The position numbers were made by a program, and so were the translations under genes. A stretch of DNA of 64,000 nucleotides from Bacteroidia bacterium (GTDB lineage Bacteria > Bacteroidota > Bacteroidia > M30B66). Within the stretch, counting starts at the first letter, position 1. Every line of letters starts with the position of its first letter. Shown piece after piece: positions 59,512 to 64,000 of this stretch. The notes below the pieces were generated by a model. The model was given only the letters and a program-made list of their open reading frames with translations, did no database searches and was not told the DNA's origin. The DNA lies in contig OZ257142.1 of the NCBI GenBank assembly GCA_965279035.1, forward strand, positions 3,072,001-3,136,000. The letters run 5' to 3'.

Positions 59512-60833
59512 GCGGAGTAAGCAATTTAGTTAACGAACCCGGCATGTGGAAACGATTCAAATCGGATCGTATTGGGAAGTTCTTACTATTCTGTTTGGGA
59601 TTGATCGTGTTCACGGCTTTGTTTGCTGATATTTTAGCGACCAATCAGCCATTGTATGTTCGATATAAAGGTAATTCTTGGTTTCCGGCATTCTCGGCAT
59701 TGCTCAATCCAGAACGCTCCGAAATAGTGACAGATCCTAAAACGGGAGCAAAAGAAACTTTGCAATTCGACATACTCGATTGGAAAGAACTCAATAAAGA
59801 AAGTGTTGTTTGGGCATTGGTTCCTTGGTCGCCGGGCAAGCCAGATGCATTGAATAGAGATTATACGGGTCCATTTGATGAACAGAAAATGAAAGCGGAC
59901 GATGGAAACATTGTAGCTGCTAACTTTAAATTCCGACATCATTTTGGAACTGATCAATTAGGAAATGATTTACTGAGTGGATTGATTCACGGAAGCAGAA
60001 TTTCGCTCAAGGTTGGATTGTTTGCTGCCTTCATCGCCTCTTTCTTTGGAATTCTTCTTGGCGCCTTTTCAGGGTATTATGGTGATGATCGATTGAGCGT
60101 TTCTCAATTAGAATATTATTTAGGTTGGATAGGATTTCTTCTAGGGATTTTTTGGGGATTTATTTCCCGTGCTTTCGTCCTAGCAGATGCCTTTCAAGCT
60201 GGATTCTGGACGAGCGTTTTGCAACTTTTCTGGAGTTGTTGCATTCCTGTTATTTCACTCATAGTATTCGCTTTTTTAGGAAAAGTTCTTCGCTTTTTAC
60301 CTTTTGGAAAAGCCCAAAGAAATGTTCCGCTCGACAGTATGATTCAACGCTTTACAGAAGTCTTCAACTCGCTTCCTAAACTTTTGATCATTATCACTTT
60401 GGCAGCTGTTTTCCGGGAAAAAAGTGTTGGAATGGTGATCGGCATTATTGGATTAACGAATTGGCCATCGGTAAGTCGCTTTACCCGTGCCGAAATGCTG
60501 CGCACTCGAAACTTAAGTTATATAGAAGCTGCTCGAAGTATTGGAATGAACGATATGCGCATCATTTTCAAACATGCTCTTCCCAATGCTTTTGCCCCCG
60601 TATTTATTGAGATTGCATTTATTGTAGCTGGTAGCATTGTCGCCGAAAGCAGCCTTTCCTTCCTTGGTATTGGTGTTCCCGAAGAAGTCATAACCTGGGG
60701 TTCTATCTTAAGTACAGGTAGACAACAATTTGATGCCTGGTGGATGGTTCTTTTTCCCGGTTTGGCTATTTTCTTTACGGTTCTCCTGTTTCAATCAGTC
60801 GGTGAACGTTTGCGCGAATCGGCAAGTCGTTGA
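59508..60833 (+). CDS. Peptide ABC permease (OppC-like)
   Basis: HFGTDQLG.D, YIEAARSIG, HALPN and ESSLSFLGIG. Confidence 0.92.
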   Translation: MSGVSNLVNEPGMWKRFKSDRIGKFLLFCLGLIVFTALFADILATNQPLYVRYKGNSWFPAFSALLNPERSEIVTDPKTGAKETLQFDILDWKELNKESVVWALVPWSPGKPDALNRDYTGPFDEQKMKADDGNIVAANFKFRHHFGTDQLGNDLLSGLIHGSRISLKVGLFAAFIASFFGILLGAFSGYYGDDRLSVSQLEYYLGWIGFLLGIFWGFISRAFVLADAFQAGFWTSVLQLFWSCCIPVISLIVFAFLGKVLRFLPFGKAQRNVPLDSMIQRFTEVFNSLPKLLIIITLAAVFREKSVGMVIGIIGLTNWPSVSRFTRAEMLRTRNLSYIEAARSIGMNDMRIIFKHALPNAFAPVFIEIAFIVAGSIVAESSLSFLGIGVPEEVITWGSILSTGRQQFDAWWMVLFPGLAIFFTVLLFQSVGERLRESASR

Positions 60834-60862
60834 TCTATTTTGTAAATACGCTGGTTTTCGTT

Positions 60863-60930
60863 ATTCACCGACGAATTCATGTCATTGACCGAATAGTCGT
60901 TTTGTAGGTGATTGGGGCGATGTATGTTTG
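60863..60930 (+). promoter_or_regulatory. Candidate LytTR direct-repeat site plus -7 promoter
   Basis: ATTCACCGA (60863) and ATTGACCGA (60884) have a 21-bp period; TATGTTTG at 60923-60930. Confidence 0.65.
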
Positions 60931-60949
60931 CCTCATCAAATTAAACAAC

Positions 60950-61375
60950 ATGGAAACGAACAACACAGAATCACCCGAAAACAACGAAATACCCATTTGT
61001 AAACCGAACCGTAAAACCCGAATGGGGCGAATCCTAGGAGGATTAGTCATTATAGGCGCTGGAGCGTTTTTATTCGCCCGAAATGCAGGCGTTCCTTTTC
61101 CTGAATGGCTTTTTTCAGGACCAACATTCTTAATTACGCTCGGTCTTTTCTTCCTTGCACGAAACTCATTTCGCCGCCCAAAAGGATTGATTCTTATGAT
61201 GATTGGTGGAGTTTTACTTCTTGGAAAAATATTTCCGACACTGCTTATTAGTCAATTTTTCTGGCCAATTTTGATTATTGTCTTTGGTGCAGTAATGATT
61301 TTAAAACCCAAAAGAAATCGTGCTTGGGCTTATCAGATGCATCATCATGAAAAATGGCAACATTGCCGGAGATAA
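60950..61375 (+). CDS. LiaF-like membrane protein (TM domain only)
   Basis: Four TM segments, FWP.LII..G motif; paralogue of the next gene. Confidence 0.75.
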   Translation: METNNTESPENNEIPICKPNRKTRMGRILGGLVIIGAGAFLFARNAGVPFPEWLFSGPTFLITLGLFFLARNSFRRPKGLILMMIGGVLLLGKIFPTLLISQFFWPILIIVFGAVMILKPKRNRAWAYQMHHHEKWQHCRR

Positions 61376-61422
61376 TCATCCAAGTATTTTCAATAATCAA
61401 GTCTGATTAACAAAATTGAATC

Positions 61423-62244
61423 ATGGAAACTTCATCAACAGAAACACAAGAAAACAAGAACACACCTACTTTCGAACCATCCAACAGAAATAAAACTGGA
61501 CGCATATTAGGAGGCTTGGTGATTATTGGTGTGGGTTCTTTACTCTTTGCAAGACAAGCAGGAGTTTACTTTCCCGAATGGCTCTTTACGTTCGAAACAT
61601 TCCTCATTGGTCTAGGATTTTACATTTGGGCGCGCAGTGCATTTCATAGTACGAGTGGTTTATTACTGATGGCATTTGGTGGATTTTTGCTCATCGACAA
61701 TGTCATCCCTGATCTGTATATCGGTCAATTTTTCTGGCCAATGATCATCATTATTGGTGGTATTTGGATGATGTTTACTCCAGGTAAGCACTCTTGGTCA
61801 AACCACCGAAGACACCGAGCCGAACGTTGGAAAAATCGTCGATACAGCCAGATGGCGGGTTATACTTCTGGATTTGAAAATAGCTCAGCCGATGCTACAA
61901 GTGAATCTTATCTCGATACAACTGCCATTTTTGGTGCAGTAAAAAAGAACTTTTTCACTAAAGATTTTAAAGGTGGACAAGTAGTCAATTTTATGGGTGG
62001 AACCGAGATCAATTTGAGTCAAGCAGAAATCCAACAACCCGTTACATTGGAGATTTCTCAGGTATTTGGAGGAACCAAATTGATTCTTCCTGCACATTGG
62101 CAGGTACGCTCAGAAATTGTAGCCGTTATGGGAGGTGTAGAAGATAAACGCGCAATACATCCGGGTGTTCAAGAAGATCCGAATCGGATTTTGATATTAC
62201 GAGGCACAACTGTATTTGGAGGAATCGACATTAAAAGTTATTAA
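61423..62244 (+). CDS. LiaF-like protein (TM domain plus DUF2154-like domain)
   Basis: Four TM segments plus IFG...FKGG...MGG.E.NLSQA...FGGIDIK. Confidence 0.82.
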   Translation: METSSTETQENKNTPTFEPSNRNKTGRILGGLVIIGVGSLLFARQAGVYFPEWLFTFETFLIGLGFYIWARSAFHSTSGLLLMAFGGFLLIDNVIPDLYIGQFFWPMIIIIGGIWMMFTPGKHSWSNHRRHRAERWKNRRYSQMAGYTSGFENSSADATSESYLDTTAIFGAVKKNFFTKDFKGGQVVNFMGGTEINLSQAEIQQPVTLEISQVFGGTKLILPAHWQVRSEIVAVMGGVEDKRAIHPGVQEDPNRILILRGTTVFGGIDIKSY

Positions 62245-62246
62245 GC

Positions 62247-62615
62247 ATGAAAAGCTTTCTCGCTCGCTTGATTTTTCAAGTTCAATGGGAACCTCAACAA
62301 GCTCAACCTGTGTTTGAGGAACAATTACGTATGTTCATTGCAAAAGATAAATTGGATGCTTTCACTCAAGCCAATGCTATTGGTCACACCGAAGAAGGAA
62401 ATTTTCCTTTTTACCGCGGTGGTTCTGTAATTTGGGTGTTTGAAGGATTGACTTCACTTGATGAAATTGAACAAATTCACTCTGGACTTCTCCTCGACTC
62501 TTCCCAACGAAATTCGAATTCGTTTGAAGAAGAAAACAAACTCATTCAATCTCAAATCCGACGTTTTAATAGCCAACTTGAAGTTGAAATGATGTCGACT
62601 CAGCGAATCCTATAA
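62247..62615 (+). CDS. DUF4288-like protein
   Basis: FEEQLRM..A....AF..A..IG..EE...V.W.F.G. Confidence 0.6.
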   Translation: MKSFLARLIFQVQWEPQQAQPVFEEQLRMFIAKDKLDAFTQANAIGHTEEGNFPFYRGGSVIWVFEGLTSLDEIEQIHSGLLLDSSQRNSNSFEEENKLIQSQIRRFNSQLEVEMMSTQRIL

Positions 62616-62617
62616 AT

Positions 62618-63640
62618 ATGAAGAATTCGCCTGTTGTTTTTCCTGCGATTATTGGATGGGTTTTATGGACCAGTTTACACATGCTTTTCTTAGAGAAGCA
62701 AGACGTGGCTTTTCAACCCGCATTGAAGGATGCATTTCTGTTTGGAAGTATTCTTTTTTTGATCGCTGGTAGCAATAGCCGAATTCTTAAATACTACAAA
62801 CCTGATTGGAAAAAAGCCATTGGTTTTGTTGTATGGAATGCAGCCGTTTCGGCGGGTGTAATGTATGTGTACACCTGGAGTTCAGAACTGTTTTTAAAAT
62901 CTGGCGAACGAATTCTCGACAAACTACCCAATGCATCAGTTGTCTTGTTTACTTTAAGCTTTCTTTTTCTTTTGTGTACAGGACTAATTCATTGGTTATG
63001 GCTCACATTAAAAGAACGTGAAGAGGATACAAAACGCAAATTAGATCAAGAAGAACTGGCGCGAAATGCAGAACTCAATAGCCTACGTCAACAATTACAA
63101 CCACATTTTCTCTTCAACAGCCTCAACTCTATTCAGGCATTGATGGAACTTGATCCTGACAAAGCCCGCGAAATGCTGCGATTATTGTCGGATTTCTTGA
63201 GAGGAACAGTCAAAAAAGAACCAACGCAATTCCTTACATTCGAAGAAGAAATAAAACAAGTACGCTTGTATTTAGCCATTGAAAGCATTCGGTTTTCAGA
63301 TCGGCTAAACATCGATTGGCAATTAGATGAATCGACCTTTTCACATAAAGTTCCAGCACTTATTTTACAACCGATCATCGAAAATGCAGTGAAATTTGGC
63401 TTGTATGGAACAACTGGATCCATTCGAATTGGAATAAGTGCTCGCATGGTAAATGATTTATTGGAAATCACGACCAACAATCCGTATGATAACGACACTG
63501 GGAATTCACAAGGAACTGGGTTTGGTTTAAGTTCGGTAGCTAGAAGACTGTATTTGCTTTTTGCACGAAATGATTTGCTCATCACCCGTAAAGAAAATCA
63601 ACAATTTTACATCACCATTCGAATTCCTTCTAAAGCATGA
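62618..63640 (+). CDS. LytS-type sensor histidine kinase
   Basis: QLQPHFLFNSLNSI, E.IRF, LQPIIENAVK and GTGFGL. Confidence 0.93.
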   Translation: MKNSPVVFPAIIGWVLWTSLHMLFLEKQDVAFQPALKDAFLFGSILFLIAGSNSRILKYYKPDWKKAIGFVVWNAAVSAGVMYVYTWSSELFLKSGERILDKLPNASVVLFTLSFLFLLCTGLIHWLWLTLKEREEDTKRKLDQEELARNAELNSLRQQLQPHFLFNSLNSIQALMELDPDKAREMLRLLSDFLRGTVKKEPTQFLTFEEEIKQVRLYLAIESIRFSDRLNIDWQLDESTFSHKVPALILQPIIENAVKFGLYGTTGSIRIGISARMVNDLLEITTNNPYDNDTGNSQGTGFGLSSVARRLYLLFARNDLLITRKENQQFYITIRIPSKA

Positions 63641-64000
63641 TACGTGTCATTCTCATCGATGATGAACCACTTGCAAGGCAGTTGGTTAGAAAATATCTCC
63701 AAACACAAACTGATGTGGAAGTTGTTGCTGAATGTGGTGATGGTTTTGAGGCAGCAAAGGCCATTGCACAACACAAACCGGATTTGATTTTTCTGGATGT
63801 TCAAATGCCCAAAATTTCAGGTTTCGAATTACTTGAACTTTTAGATCCTGCACCTGCTGTTATTTTTACCACAGCCTTTGATGAATTTGCCTTGAAAGCT
63901 TTCGAAGCCAATGCGATTGATTATCTCTTAAAGCCATTTCCATCCGAACGTTTGATCAAGTCTCTAGATAAATTCCGCCTTTCTCGTGAAAACGGTTTGA
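63637..64000 (+). CDS. LytTR-family response regulator, partial
   Basis: MIRVILIDDEPLAR...FLDVQMP...FTTAFDEFALKAFEANAIDYLLKP; runs off the window. Confidence 0.92.
   Translation, partial: MIRVILIDDEPLARQLVRKYLQTQTDVEVVAECGDGFEAAKAIAQHKPDLIFLDVQMPKISGFELLELLDPAPAVIFTTAFDEFALKAFEANAIDYLLKPFPSERLIKSLDKFRLSRENGL

Overview
This is a Bacteroidota chromosomal segment, judged from TAnnTTTG promoters, T9SS C-terminal domains and the dnaA-ptp-methyltransferase gene order. Bases 1-12.3 kb form an AT-rich defence island: a Dcm + MORC/MutL ATPase + Z1 + DUF4420 + AIPR operon (Mza-like), an Xre/RES toxin-antitoxin (TA) pair, an IS3 element, and a DUF433/PIN TA pair whose toxin is dead. The TA cassettes are separated by repeated copies of the 3' end of paaZ plus a 7-bp-periodic hairpin. 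This suggests serial cassette accretion at the paaZ terminus, with no integrase visible. Bases 12.4-26.4 kb hold a phenylacetyl-CoA catabolic (paa) cluster with a TetR regulator and a candidate operator. It is interrupted by an orphan antitoxin, a crtA-like gene, an MNT-HEPN pair, Flavo-1-like elements, 7/8-mer repeats and an unexplained triplicated ~150-bp unit with DnaA-box-like motifs. Bases 27-46 kb are mostly housekeeping and envelope genes (mntR-like, smpB, pcm, dnaA). Bases 46.8-52.8 kb carry divergent cyanophycin genes cphA/cphB around a REP-like cluster, an IS982, a lipoprotein gene and a structured element. Bases 53-64 kb encode a T9SS protein, an Opp-type ABC transporter, LiaF-like paralogues and a LytS/LytTR pair. 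No rRNA, tRNA or CRISPR array was recognised. All calls come from reading the sequence; no database searches were run.
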